Source: an uncultured Nitrospiraceae bacterium (GTDB lineage Bacteria > Nitrospirota > Nitrospiria > Nitrospirales > Nitrospiraceae). From it: DNA of 64,000 bases. Under the pieces are notes generated by a model that saw only the letters and a list, made by a program, of their open reading frames with translations, was not told where the DNA came from and ran no database searches. The DNA lies in NCBI GenBank assembly GCA_963846575.1, contig CAWJWJ010000002.1, positions 992,001 through 1,056,000 of the forward strand. Direction: 5' to 3'. Made by a program: the position numbers and the translations under genes. Each line of letters starts with the position of its first letter. The first letter of the stretch is position 1. This document shows positions 19,919-28,807 of the stretch, one piece after another.

Positions 19919-20515
19919 CTACGACGCCCGTTGATAGGACTCGGACTGCGACTCTTCGAACGGAAGCGGAAGGGTCTCGTAGTCCACGATGGTCTTGTCG
20001 ATGCCCCGGGTCTGATTGCGTTCGATATCTCTGTACAGCGCCTCGACCGTCGCGCGCACAAACGTTTTGGATTCCTCCTGTCCATGCTGGCGCTGGGTCA
20101 GTTCGAGAAAGACGCCGCATCCCGGGAAGAGTGGATAGGTAAAACGCTGCCTGAGCGGGCCGAACCCGTCGCGGCCGTTCTTGACGTCTCCGCAAAATCT
20201 CACGCCGTGCGTTTCCCACTCCTGGCAGACTGCGTCGATGTCATCGACTTCGATGGCGATATGCTGAACTCCCTCGCCGTATCTTTCGATAAACTCGCAG
20301 ATCTGCGACCGTTGTTCCTTGTTTCGGCCTTGCATCAAGGCAATTTTTGCATCGCCCCGTTGGACGACCACCGTGTCCATGCTTGATTTGTCACTGCCGA
20401 CGTCCTTGGCCGACCAGATAACATTGAAGCCGAGTATGGTCGTGAAGAGAGACTCCGCTGCGGCGAGGTTTTTCACGCAGAGGGTGATGTGATCAATGCC
20501 GATGGATTCTTTCAT
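19919..20515 (-). CDS. VOC-family protein matching only the C-terminal catalytic half of 4-hydroxyphenylpyruvate dioxygenase
   Basis: GIDH, SQI.EF, GVQHIA, LRQRFT, FLELTQR and ALYRDIE motifs; first gene of the operon, next to hmgA. Confidence 0.75.
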   Translation of the reverse strand: MKESIGIDHITLCVKNLAAAESLFTTILGFNVIWSAKDVGSDKSSMDTVVVQRGDAKIALMQGRNKEQRSQICEFIERYGEGVQHIAIEVDDIDAVCQEWETHGVRFCGDVKNGRDGFGPLRQRFTYPLFPGCGVFLELTQRQHGQEESKTFVRATVEALYRDIERNQTRGIDKTIVDYETLPLPFEESQSESYQRAS

Positions 20516-20564
20516 GTGGACCTCCTACGCGGCATCTAGTGGTCGTGGGATCATCCGTAGTGAG

Positions 20565-20612
20565 ACTATATAACATAATAGTTGCATCATTCAATATAGA
20601 TTTTGTATCATT
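20565..20612. promoter_or_regulatory. AT-rich divergent promoter region with overlapping sigma70-like promoters
   Basis: Minus strand: TTGAAT (20594-20589)-18-TATAGT (20570-20565). Plus strand: TTGCAT (20582-20587)-18-TATCAT (20606-20611). Confidence 0.55.
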
Positions 20613-20702
20613 TCGTCATGGCGCTATCCAAGGGAGAGGAAATGACGTCGAAACAGGACCGGAACGTGACGGGACGTCCCGGTCTGACGGCGGAGGTGCA
20701 CG

Positions 20703-21470
20703 ATGTCGTTTTACGAACAGGTGCGCTCGGACGTGCTCCGGCATGGAGCGATCAATAATTCCTACCTGACCCGATTTCGGTCTGGCGATCTGACCGACAA
20801 TGAGTTACACGAGTTCGCCGTCGAGTTTTATAGCTTCGCACGCTTCTTTCCTCGCATTCTCGCCGCCCAGTTGGTCAACACCGAAGATGAAGCCGTGGCC
20901 GATGAGTTGACGAAAGTTCTGTATTCGGAACTTGGCGACGGCATCGTGAAGAACCGCCACGAGTTACTGTACCGAAACTTCCTCCGGTCTATCGGGGTTG
21001 ATATCCATACGGCGATGACCACCGCGATGAAACCGTCCACCCGTGCCTACATCGATGGGATGGATGCGCTCTACGGCAGTGGAAATCACGCCACCGCGTT
21101 GGGGGCCTCATTTGGGCTGGAAAATATGGCCATCACCATGTGGGACCATTTGATTCCGGGATTGACCGCACTCAGGACGGAGCGTCTTCCGCAGATGGAT
21201 ATCACCTACTTCACTTTCCACCGTGAGCTCGAATCGCAGCATGAACTAGCCATGGAACATGCGATGGAAGCCGTGGGAGGCGCAGGTTCCCTATCGAACG
21301 TCATCATGTCGGAAACGGAACAACAGGATTTTTGTCGTGGCATGGTCGCAGTGCTCGACCACCTCGAGGGATTCTGGATGGGCCTCGAAAGGACGCCGGC
21401 CCTGTCCGCGCAGACATGGATGCCGCCCCTCCAACAGGGGGCGACCGAGTTGCGCGGGCAGTTTCACTGA
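20703..21470 (+). CDS. Heme-oxygenase-like diiron oxidase (PqqC/CADD/TenA-like fold)
   Basis: Ligand pattern SELG....NRH, FGLE and YFTFHRELESQH; GGAGG RBS. Confidence 0.8.
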   Translation: MSFYEQVRSDVLRHGAINNSYLTRFRSGDLTDNELHEFAVEFYSFARFFPRILAAQLVNTEDEAVADELTKVLYSELGDGIVKNRHELLYRNFLRSIGVDIHTAMTTAMKPSTRAYIDGMDALYGSGNHATALGASFGLENMAITMWDHLIPGLTALRTERLPQMDITYFTFHRELESQHELAMEHAMEAVGGAGSLSNVIMSETEQQDFCRGMVAVLDHLEGFWMGLERTPALSAQTWMPPLQQGATELRGQFH

Positions 21471-21570
21471 GCGGCTCAGGGTCGGAGGGTCACATGGATC
21501 TGGCCGTTGCGACGGGCTGTCAGATGTTTTACCCCGCCCAGGACCATGATCGCCCGGTAGGAGTGCCCCC

Positions 21571-22794
21571 ATGTCTATCTACAAAGTCGGTGTCGCAGGC
21601 GCGGGTGCTATGGGCGCACAGATTGCCGGAGTGGTGAGCGATGCCGGTTTGCCGGTGGTAGTGTCAGACATTCAGGAGTCTCTCGCGAGGCGAGGTGTCG
21701 AGACGGTTCGAGCCCTCTATCAGGCTCGCGTGGACAAAAGCCAGATGACGCCTCAGCAACTGAAAGAAAAGATGCTCCTGGTAACGGCGGCGCCGACCCT
21801 TGACGGTCTGGATGATGTGGATCTGGTGATCGAAGCCGTCTCGGAAGAATTGTTTCTCAAACAGCGTGTGTTCCGCGACCTCGATCGTATTTGCGCAAGA
21901 AGTGCCATTCTGGCGAGCAATACGTCCGCCCTGTCCATTTCAGCGATCGGTGCTGCCACCAGGCGTCCAGGCAGAGTGGTGGGTCTCCATTTCTTCAATC
22001 CGGCCTATGCCATGCCGCTCGTAGAAGTCAGTCCGGGCCTGGCCACGGACCCCCAGACTGTCGATGACATGGTCGGTTTTGCGGAAAGCCTACGGAAGAC
22101 GCCCGTGGTTGTGAAGGAATGTGCAGGGTTTCTCGTCAATCGGTTGCTCTTTTCTTATCTGAACGAAGCCATCTGGTCCCTCCAGGATGGCGACGCAGCC
22201 ATCGACGAAATCGATCAGGACATGGTGGCATTCGGCATGCCGCTCGGTCCCTTTGCGCTCTTGGATACAGTGGGGCTCGATATCGCGCTCGAGGTTGCCC
22301 GCATTCTGCATCGATCCTATGGGCCACGGATGGCGCCGGCTGCGCTCCTTGAACCCCTGGTCAAGGCCGGGCGAACCGGGAAAACCGCAGGACAAGGTTT
22401 TTACGATTATGCGAGTTCACAAGCACAGCACCGCCCTCCACAGTTGGAAGCTCTCGTGCAGCAGACGCGGCAACTGACCGGACGGCGGCCGGTCGGATGG
22501 ACAAGGTCGCGGCCCTTGTTAGCCATGGTGAATGAGGCGGTGATCGCGCTGCAGGAAGGGATTGCCCCGGCGCGGGAGATTGATCTTGCCATGGTCGCGG
22601 GTATGGGATTCCCGACAGAAAGAGGAGGACCGCTGCATTTTGCTGACCAACTCGGCATCGACAATGTGCTTCAGGAACTGGACGAGTTCAGGGAAACCCT
22701 GGGCACGCGCTTCTGGCCGGCGCCGATGTTGCGTCGAATGGTGGACGCCGGCTTCACCGGCCACCTCGTGGGAAGGGGATTCTTTTCCTACTGA
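21571..22794 (+). CDS. 3-hydroxyacyl-CoA dehydrogenase with duplicated C-terminal domain
   Basis: GAGAMG, SNTSA, HFFNP and GFLVNR motifs, plus two 3HCDH C-terminal segments. Confidence 0.9.
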   Translation: MSIYKVGVAGAGAMGAQIAGVVSDAGLPVVVSDIQESLARRGVETVRALYQARVDKSQMTPQQLKEKMLLVTAAPTLDGLDDVDLVIEAVSEELFLKQRVFRDLDRICARSAILASNTSALSISAIGAATRRPGRVVGLHFFNPAYAMPLVEVSPGLATDPQTVDDMVGFAESLRKTPVVVKECAGFLVNRLLFSYLNEAIWSLQDGDAAIDEIDQDMVAFGMPLGPFALLDTVGLDIALEVARILHRSYGPRMAPAALLEPLVKAGRTGKTAGQGFYDYASSQAQHRPPQLEALVQQTRQLTGRRPVGWTRSRPLLAMVNEAVIALQEGIAPAREIDLAMVAGMGFPTERGGPLHFADQLGIDNVLQELDEFRETLGTRFWPAPMLRRMVDAGFTGHLVGRGFFSY

Positions 22795-22901
22795 TCCGCA
22801 GAGAGGTTCCTCCTGCAGGGGCTCGAGGGAATGCGAACGTCTCGCGGCTCGGATCGAAAAGGGGATGGGTTTGACCACCCCGTGAGTGATGCGAGGTACG
22901 T

Positions 22902-23690
22902 ATGAGCACGACGGCCGGCTCGATGCTTTCATGCACCGTCGACGAGGCGGTGGCCACGCTCGTGATCAACCGTCCTCCCGCGAATGCGCTGACGCCCGAG
23001 CTCCTTGCGGACCTCGGGGCGGCAGTCGGGGCACTGGCCGAAGACGGTGCAGTCAAAGTGGTCGTCCTGACTGGTACGGGGCGGTTCTTCATTGCGGGTG
23101 CGGATATCCGGCTTCTGGCGGCGATTGGCTCGTCGGCAGAAGGGGAAGCGATCGCGCGGCAAGGTCAGGCGATCTTGAACCGGATCGAGGCTCTGGAGAA
23201 ACCGGTCATCGCTGCCGTCAACGGCCTCTGTCTTGGGGGAGGGCTCGAACTGGCGATGTGCTGTCACATTCGACTTGCCGCGGAAGGTAGCCGGCTAGGC
23301 CAGCCAGAAATCAATTTGGGTATCATGCCGGGATTCGGCGGCACGCAACGGCTCCCGCGGATCGTCGGCGAAGCGAAAGCTATTGAAATGATCCTGACGG
23401 GTGATTCGATCTCGGCGCAGGAAGCCAGGTCGCTTGGGTTGGTCTCGCAGGTATTTCCGCCTGAGGATCTCCTGCGTCAGGCTCAGGCACTGGCGCAGAG
23501 GATCGCCTCCAAGGGTCGGGTGGCGCTGCGTGCATCGCTTCGGGCGATCCGCGATGGCGTCGGCGTGACACTGGACGAAGGGCTGGCCATGGAGGCGCAG
23601 CTGTTCGGGGGGCTGTGCGAGACGCAGGATAAACGGGAAGGTCTGACTGCCTTCCTGGAAAAACGCCCACCGCGGTTCCGGGATCGTTGA
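22902..23690 (+). CDS. Enoyl-CoA hydratase
   Basis: FIAGADI, GGGLELA and PEINLGIMPG motifs, with both catalytic Glu present. Confidence 0.9.
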   Translation: MSTTAGSMLSCTVDEAVATLVINRPPANALTPELLADLGAAVGALAEDGAVKVVVLTGTGRFFIAGADIRLLAAIGSSAEGEAIARQGQAILNRIEALEKPVIAAVNGLCLGGGLELAMCCHIRLAAEGSRLGQPEINLGIMPGFGGTQRLPRIVGEAKAIEMILTGDSISAQEARSLGLVSQVFPPEDLLRQAQALAQRIASKGRVALRASLRAIRDGVGVTLDEGLAMEAQLFGGLCETQDKREGLTAFLEKRPPRFRDR

Positions 23691-23744
23691 CGGCCTGGTG
23701 AACCACTGCTGCTGACATGTCTGGTCAAAGCAGCCTGTAACTCT

Positions 23745-23773
23745 TTGCCGTCGAAACAGTGCTGTGGTACAAG
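23745..23773 (+). promoter_or_regulatory. Putative sigma70 promoter for the regulator-tryptophanase pair
   Basis: TTGCCG-17-TACAAG with a TGn extended -10. Confidence 0.45.
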
Positions 23774-24112
23774 TCGCGGCAGGAAATCCGGAACAACGCG
23801 CATGTCTAAATCCTCGCCATCCAATTTTGTGCGCACCTCGAAGCGGATTTCAACCCTGTTTCCTTGCTCTCAGAGCGGACCTCTTCGTGGGTTGACGTCA
23901 ATAGCCTCTATCGTACGGCGCGCTCAATTTTATCCGGCCAGGCCGCATGGCTGGAGGTGGCATGATCCGATGCCAGGCGGTGGAATCGCGGCGGGTAAGG
24001 GGACGGGATGGGCGCCTCCACAAGGGCGTAATGAGCGGGAGCGGACAAAAAGACGGGGGATGGCGGGCGGTGCCCGCCCGCTTGGTCATGAACAACGATC
24101 GGTGAGGCTCAG

Positions 24113-25075
24113 ATGATGGAGATCGCCAGTTACTTTGAAGCCGTGAAGGATCGGTTTGGATTGACCAGCGACTATGCGCTCGCGGACAAGCTGGGGATTG
24201 CCCAGCCCGAAGCCAACCTCATGCGCCGCGGTCTCAAAATTCCCAAGCCCGAACTCTGCATCAAGATGGCCAAACTTCTCGACAAAAATCCGGTGGAGTT
24301 GTTGCTGGTCGCCCAGAAGGATAAGGCGCCGACCGCCGCCAAGGAGTATTGGACGCTCGCCCGCACCGCCGTGGATGTCATGCTTCACGTGCCGAAGAAT
24401 CCTAAGTATCTGCCGAAAAAAGTCGCGGCCATCGGGCGCGAGCTGCGGCAATTGGAATCTCAGTCGTTGATCTATCAGGGGGCGGCGGCCAATGCCGAAG
24501 CGGTGAGGTTGGTCGAAACGGCGGAGCGTTCGATCGACGCCATCATGGAACGCTGGAATATCTGGAAGAAGGGGGAGGCTCTCTACCCGAGCTATCTCCT
24601 GGCCAACCAGGAGGCCACAAGGCGAGGCGTCACGATCCGCCGCTTGCTCGTCCTGTCGGAGGAACAGATGCGGCAGGACGCCTTGGTGACCGATGCCATC
24701 GAGGTGATGGAGGACCAGCGCCGGGCGGGCATCAAGATCTATTTTGCGTTCCGTGATGAACTGGAGCGGTCTCCGGCCTTCCTGCGATTCGAAGAGGACT
24801 ACCGCAAGCAGGGCGCCCCCCAGGATATCAATGCGGCCATGTTCGATGGCGAGATCCTGATCTTCTCGCAATCTTATGGGCAGGTCCCCCTGGGTATGGT
24901 GGGAAAACGGACGTTGATTACGATGATCAGCCAGCTGGAAATTACCTGGAAGGCAGAGCTGTTGCGCGATCTGAATCCGGCGTCCCTCTTCGATATGACG
25001 CGGTATGTGTTCGATTACGAAGGAGCGCCGCCATTTCGCTCGCACATCGCGCGTTTCCTGAAGGAGCGGCCATGA
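24113..25075 (+). CDS. Transcriptional regulator: Cro/CI-type HTH fused to a ~200-aa alpha/beta domain
   Basis: N-terminal SDYALADKLGI...KMAKLLDKNP...YW; ATGA overlap with the downstream tryptophanase. Confidence 0.75.
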   Translation: MMEIASYFEAVKDRFGLTSDYALADKLGIAQPEANLMRRGLKIPKPELCIKMAKLLDKNPVELLLVAQKDKAPTAAKEYWTLARTAVDVMLHVPKNPKYLPKKVAAIGRELRQLESQSLIYQGAAANAEAVRLVETAERSIDAIMERWNIWKKGEALYPSYLLANQEATRRGVTIRRLLVLSEEQMRQDALVTDAIEVMEDQRRAGIKIYFAFRDELERSPAFLRFEEDYRKQGAPQDINAAMFDGEILIFSQSYGQVPLGMVGKRTLITMISQLEITWKAELLRDLNPASLFDMTRYVFDYEGAPPFRSHIARFLKERP

Positions 25076-26514
25076 ACTTCCCGTCCGAGCCGTTCAAGAT
25101 CAAAGTGGTCGAGCCGATCAAGCGAACGACGCGCGAGGAACGCGAACGTCTGCTCCGGGAGTCCGGGTTCAATTTATTCCACGTGCCCGCCGGAAGTGTG
25201 TACGTCGATCTACTCACCGACAGCGGCACATCGGCCATGAGCGACCACCAATGGGCCGGCATGATGCTTGGCGACGAGTCCTATGCCGGGAGTAAGAATT
25301 ATTACCACTTTGAGCAGGTCGTGCGTTCCATTTTTGGCTATCGCCACGTCATCCCGACGCATCAGGGGCGGATGGCGGAGAATCTCTTATTCTCGACGGT
25401 CGTGAAGCCGGGCATGTATGTCCCCAACAACATCCATTTCGACACCACCAGAGCGAATGTCGAACATCAGCAGGCCGAGGCGCTCGATCTGGTGATCAAG
25501 GAAGCCTACGATCCTCATTGTGAGCTGCCCTTTAAAGGCAACATGGATGTCATGCGTCTGGAGGACACCATCAATCGCGTGGGGCGAGACCGCATTCCTC
25601 TGGCCATGATCACCATTACCAATAACAGCGGCGGCGGGCAGCCTGTCTCAATGGAGAACATTCGCCAGACACGCGCGCTGTTGAACCGCTACGGCATCCC
25701 GCTCATTTTTGACGCCTGCCGGTTTGCAGAGAACTGCTTCTTCATCAAGGAGCGGGAGCCGGGCTATGCTGATAGGCCGGTGCGCGAGATTGCCAGGGAA
25801 CTGTTCGGCTATGGCGACGGCTGCACTATGTCCGCCAAGAAGGATGGGTTGGTGAACATCGGCGGGTTTCTCAGTCTCAATGACGCGGGTTGGGCCCGGG
25901 ACATCACGAACATGTTGATTCTCGTGGAAGGGTTTCCGACGTACGGCGGACTGGCGGGTCGCGATCTCGAGGCCATGGCCAGAGGCCTGGAAGAGGTGCT
26001 CGAGGAGGAATATCTCAGTTTCCGCATCGGCCAGGTTCGGTATCTGGGAGAACTGCTGCAAGCCGGCGGTGTGCCTATCCTCAAGCCGATCGGCGGGCAT
26101 GCCGTCTATCTAAACGTAAAAGAATTTCTGCCGCACATTCCGCAAGACCGTTTTCCCGCCCAAGCTCTCGTGGTCGCGCTGTATCGCGAGTATGGCATCC
26201 GCGGGGTCGAAATCGGGACCGTGATGTTTGGAAAACGAGATCCGGCCACCGGACGGACCCTGTACCCCGAATTGGAGCTGGTCCGATTGGCCATTCCACG
26301 GCGTGTCTATACGAACATGCAGATTACGTATGTCGCGGAATCCATCGTCGAGCTGTTCAATCGACGGGACGCCATCGGAGGACTGGTCATGACCTACGAG
26401 GCCCCGCTCCTGCGGCACTTCACGGCACGGTTTCAAGAACCGGGGGCTGTGGAGAGGCATTCATGCGATTCCGATACGCCTGCGAAGACACCGGACGCCG
26501 GCGCGTTGCCGTAG
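25072..26514 (+). CDS. tnaA: Tryptophanase (PLP-dependent tryptophan indole-lyase)
   Basis: DLLTDSGT and MSAKKD (PLP Lys), plus the tryptophanase-type residues HFDTT, VEIG and LRHFT. Confidence 0.88.
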   Translation: MNFPSEPFKIKVVEPIKRTTREERERLLRESGFNLFHVPAGSVYVDLLTDSGTSAMSDHQWAGMMLGDESYAGSKNYYHFEQVVRSIFGYRHVIPTHQGRMAENLLFSTVVKPGMYVPNNIHFDTTRANVEHQQAEALDLVIKEAYDPHCELPFKGNMDVMRLEDTINRVGRDRIPLAMITITNNSGGGQPVSMENIRQTRALLNRYGIPLIFDACRFAENCFFIKEREPGYADRPVREIARELFGYGDGCTMSAKKDGLVNIGGFLSLNDAGWARDITNMLILVEGFPTYGGLAGRDLEAMARGLEEVLEEEYLSFRIGQVRYLGELLQAGGVPILKPIGGHAVYLNVKEFLPHIPQDRFPAQALVVALYREYGIRGVEIGTVMFGKRDPATGRTLYPELELVRLAIPRRVYTNMQITYVAESIVELFNRRDAIGGLVMTYEAPLLRHFTARFQEPGAVERHSCDSDTPAKTPDAGALP

Positions 26515-26912
26515 GGGCGGCTTCGGTTCTGTTCCGCACACACTTCCACCTGCCACATTCATCTCTGATCTGACAGTATCGACGTGACCAGGTGCCCTTT
26601 CATATTGGGCTTCGCGTGGACCGACTGCTGTCCCGAATCTGACTTGCCATCTCCGGCTCGGCGAAAAAATTTTCCAGCAGGAAGTTTTTTGTTTCGAGAC
26701 ATGTTATAAGCAACTCCTTCGCAGACCATACTCCCCACGAGATTCGTATCGGGTTGCCTGGCTCCATCGCCAGCTGATGCGTGTACGTCACGAGAGTAGG
26801 CCTCTGCGGTCCAAACAGTGACTGACCAACATGAGTCGCGATCAAGATGATCATGCGGGCACCGGATTGATACACCCTTGTGCCCCGTCATCAAGAAGGA
26901 GGGGAGGCCGTG

Positions 26913-28712
26913 ATGGCTGGCGTGAAGGAGAGTGACGAACAGGAAGCCTCGCACGACATAACTGCATACCCACATGCTCCTTGTCCTATAGTGCGCCTCG
27001 GTACGGCGGCCAGGGGGACGGGTGAGCGTCGCTGTCGTCCGATTGTTCCCATCGTCCTCAGCGGCCTCTTGTGTTTCATGGTCTCGCCGGCCTGGTCGCA
27101 ACTCATTCCTTTGCCGCCTAAACCGCCTCAACTGCCGACGGTTCCGCCGCCCGCACAGCCCCCGGGGCTCGAGTTACCGTCACCTCCGTCCCGCACGCCG
27201 GGCGCAGCGGTGACGGGTCCGAAGGTTATGGTGAAGGACATTCGGGTTGTCGGCAGTACGGCCTTTACTCCACAACAACTGACCGAAGTCACGGCGCCTT
27301 ATACCAATCGCGAACTGACGGCTGAAGATCTGGAAGCGCTACGGCTGAGCCTCACGTACTTCTATATCAATCACGGCTATGTGACCTCCGGGGCGGTGGT
27401 TCCGGAGCAGGACGTCGCTGACGGTCTGCTGATGATGCAGATCATCGAGGGCAAAATCACGGCGATCAACGTCGACGATCTCAAGTGGTTCCGGCCCGCC
27501 TATTTTCGAAGCCGTATCAATCTGGCCGCCGGTCCTCCGTTAAACGTCGGAGAGTTGGAAGATCGGCTACGGGTGATTCAGTCCAATCCGCGCATCGAAC
27601 GCCTCAATGCCGAGCTACTTCCGGGGCCAGCCATCGGGGAAACGACCCTGAACGTCAAGGTGAAGGAAGCGAATCCGTTGAAGGCCTGGCTGGAGTTTAA
27701 TAACTACCAGTCGCCGGTGGTCGGGGCTGAGCAGGGGTTCGTCACCCTTGCGCATCGCAATCTCCTGGGATTCGGTGACACGCTTAGTCTGCAGTACGGA
27801 CGCTCCGCAGGCGTGAATCCTATGCTCAATTTCAGGTACGAAGTCCCGGTGACTCCGCGCGATACGACGGTGGCCTTCCAGTATCGCCGCTTCGATTTTG
27901 CGGTCAAGGAAGAACCCTTCGATCAGTTAGATATTAAGAACAAAGCCCAAATCTTCGGGATCGCGGTCCGGCATCCTGTCTACAAAACCGTCGAACAGGA
28001 ATTTGCCCTCTCGCTGACCGGCGAACATCTACGCAACGAAAGTTTCTTTGGGGGGGTTCCGACCGAACTCATTCTCGGTTCGCCCGGTGGTCGATTTCGC
28101 GTGACGGCGCTGCGCTTCGGTCAGGAATATGTCAAACGCTCGGCGGAGCAGGTATTCTCCGCTCTGTCCCGGCTATCGGTGGGAATCGGAGCCATGGGCG
28201 CGACGGCTAACGGCGACCCCAGTCTGCCGGATGCACGTTTTTTCTCCTGGTTGGGAGAGGCACAGTGGACACGGCAGCTCCCGTTTTTACGTACGCTGTT
28301 GATCAGTCGGGGGGTCGTGCAACTGTCAAACGATCACCTTTTCCCCTTGGAACAGATTGCGGTCGGGGGACGATACAGCGTCCGCGGCTATCGGGAGTTC
28401 ACCCTCATACGCGACAACGCCGCCATGGGATCGATCGAGGCGCGGGTGCCGGTGTACCGAACCGCCGCCGGGGTCGATTCGGTGTTCGTGGCTCCGTTCT
28501 TCGATTTCGGCCATGGGTGGCAGACAACGGTCGCCACACCCGGAACGCCTCCTAAAACCCTGGCGAGCGTCGGCATCGGGGCCATTTGGAATTTCTGGCG
28601 CGGGAGTCATTTCGAAATCTATTACGGTAAACAATTGAAGCGGTACGATACCGGGGGCGACAACCTTCAGGATCATGGAGTCCACCTGCAATTGGTGGTG
28701 GAGGCATTTTAG
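26913..28712 (+). CDS. TpsB outer-membrane transporter (ShlB/FhaC/HecB family)
   Basis: Hydrophobic leader, Pro-rich linker, POTRA domain (YINHGYVTS), GGRYSVRGY loop-6 motif and C-terminal Phe; start uncertain. Confidence 0.9.
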   Translation: MAGVKESDEQEASHDITAYPHAPCPIVRLGTAARGTGERRCRPIVPIVLSGLLCFMVSPAWSQLIPLPPKPPQLPTVPPPAQPPGLELPSPPSRTPGAAVTGPKVMVKDIRVVGSTAFTPQQLTEVTAPYTNRELTAEDLEALRLSLTYFYINHGYVTSGAVVPEQDVADGLLMMQIIEGKITAINVDDLKWFRPAYFRSRINLAAGPPLNVGELEDRLRVIQSNPRIERLNAELLPGPAIGETTLNVKVKEANPLKAWLEFNNYQSPVVGAEQGFVTLAHRNLLGFGDTLSLQYGRSAGVNPMLNFRYEVPVTPRDTTVAFQYRRFDFAVKEEPFDQLDIKNKAQIFGIAVRHPVYKTVEQEFALSLTGEHLRNESFFGGVPTELILGSPGGRFRVTALRFGQEYVKRSAEQVFSALSRLSVGIGAMGATANGDPSLPDARFFSWLGEAQWTRQLPFLRTLLISRGVVQLSNDHLFPLEQIAVGGRYSVRGYREFTLIRDNAAMGSIEARVPVYRTAAGVDSVFVAPFFDFGHGWQTTVATPGTPPKTLASVGIGAIWNFWRGSHFEIYYGKQLKRYDTGGDNLQDHGVHLQLVVEAF

Positions 28713-28807
28713 CGGCGGGTCCACAGTCCGGATTTCCGGCGGTTGAAGTTGCGGACGGTTTAGGGTAAGAGAGGGGCCGTTCTCTCTACCACAGGAGGAG
28801 AATTGCC

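Noticed and set aside
18766..20085. 68-aa N-terminal extension of HmgA in the ORF track
   Set aside because: It overlaps the VOC gene; an RBS-supported start lies at 19881.
20703..21470. CADD-type self-sacrificing pABA synthase
   Set aside because: No folate genes are nearby, and by eye the N-terminal Tyr is offset from the CADD sacrificial Tyr; left as an unassigned HDO.
23745..24116. TnaC-like leader peptide or 123-aa ORF
   Set aside because: No short ORF with the TnaC Trp/Asp/Pro pattern, no RBS, and non-protein-like composition; the stop overlap arises trivially from ATGATG.
25072..26514. Tyrosine phenol-lyase, tempting given the Tyr genes nearby
   Set aside because: The diagnostic positions are tryptophanase-type (FDTT, EIG, RHF) rather than TPL-type (FTTT, ERG, RFF).
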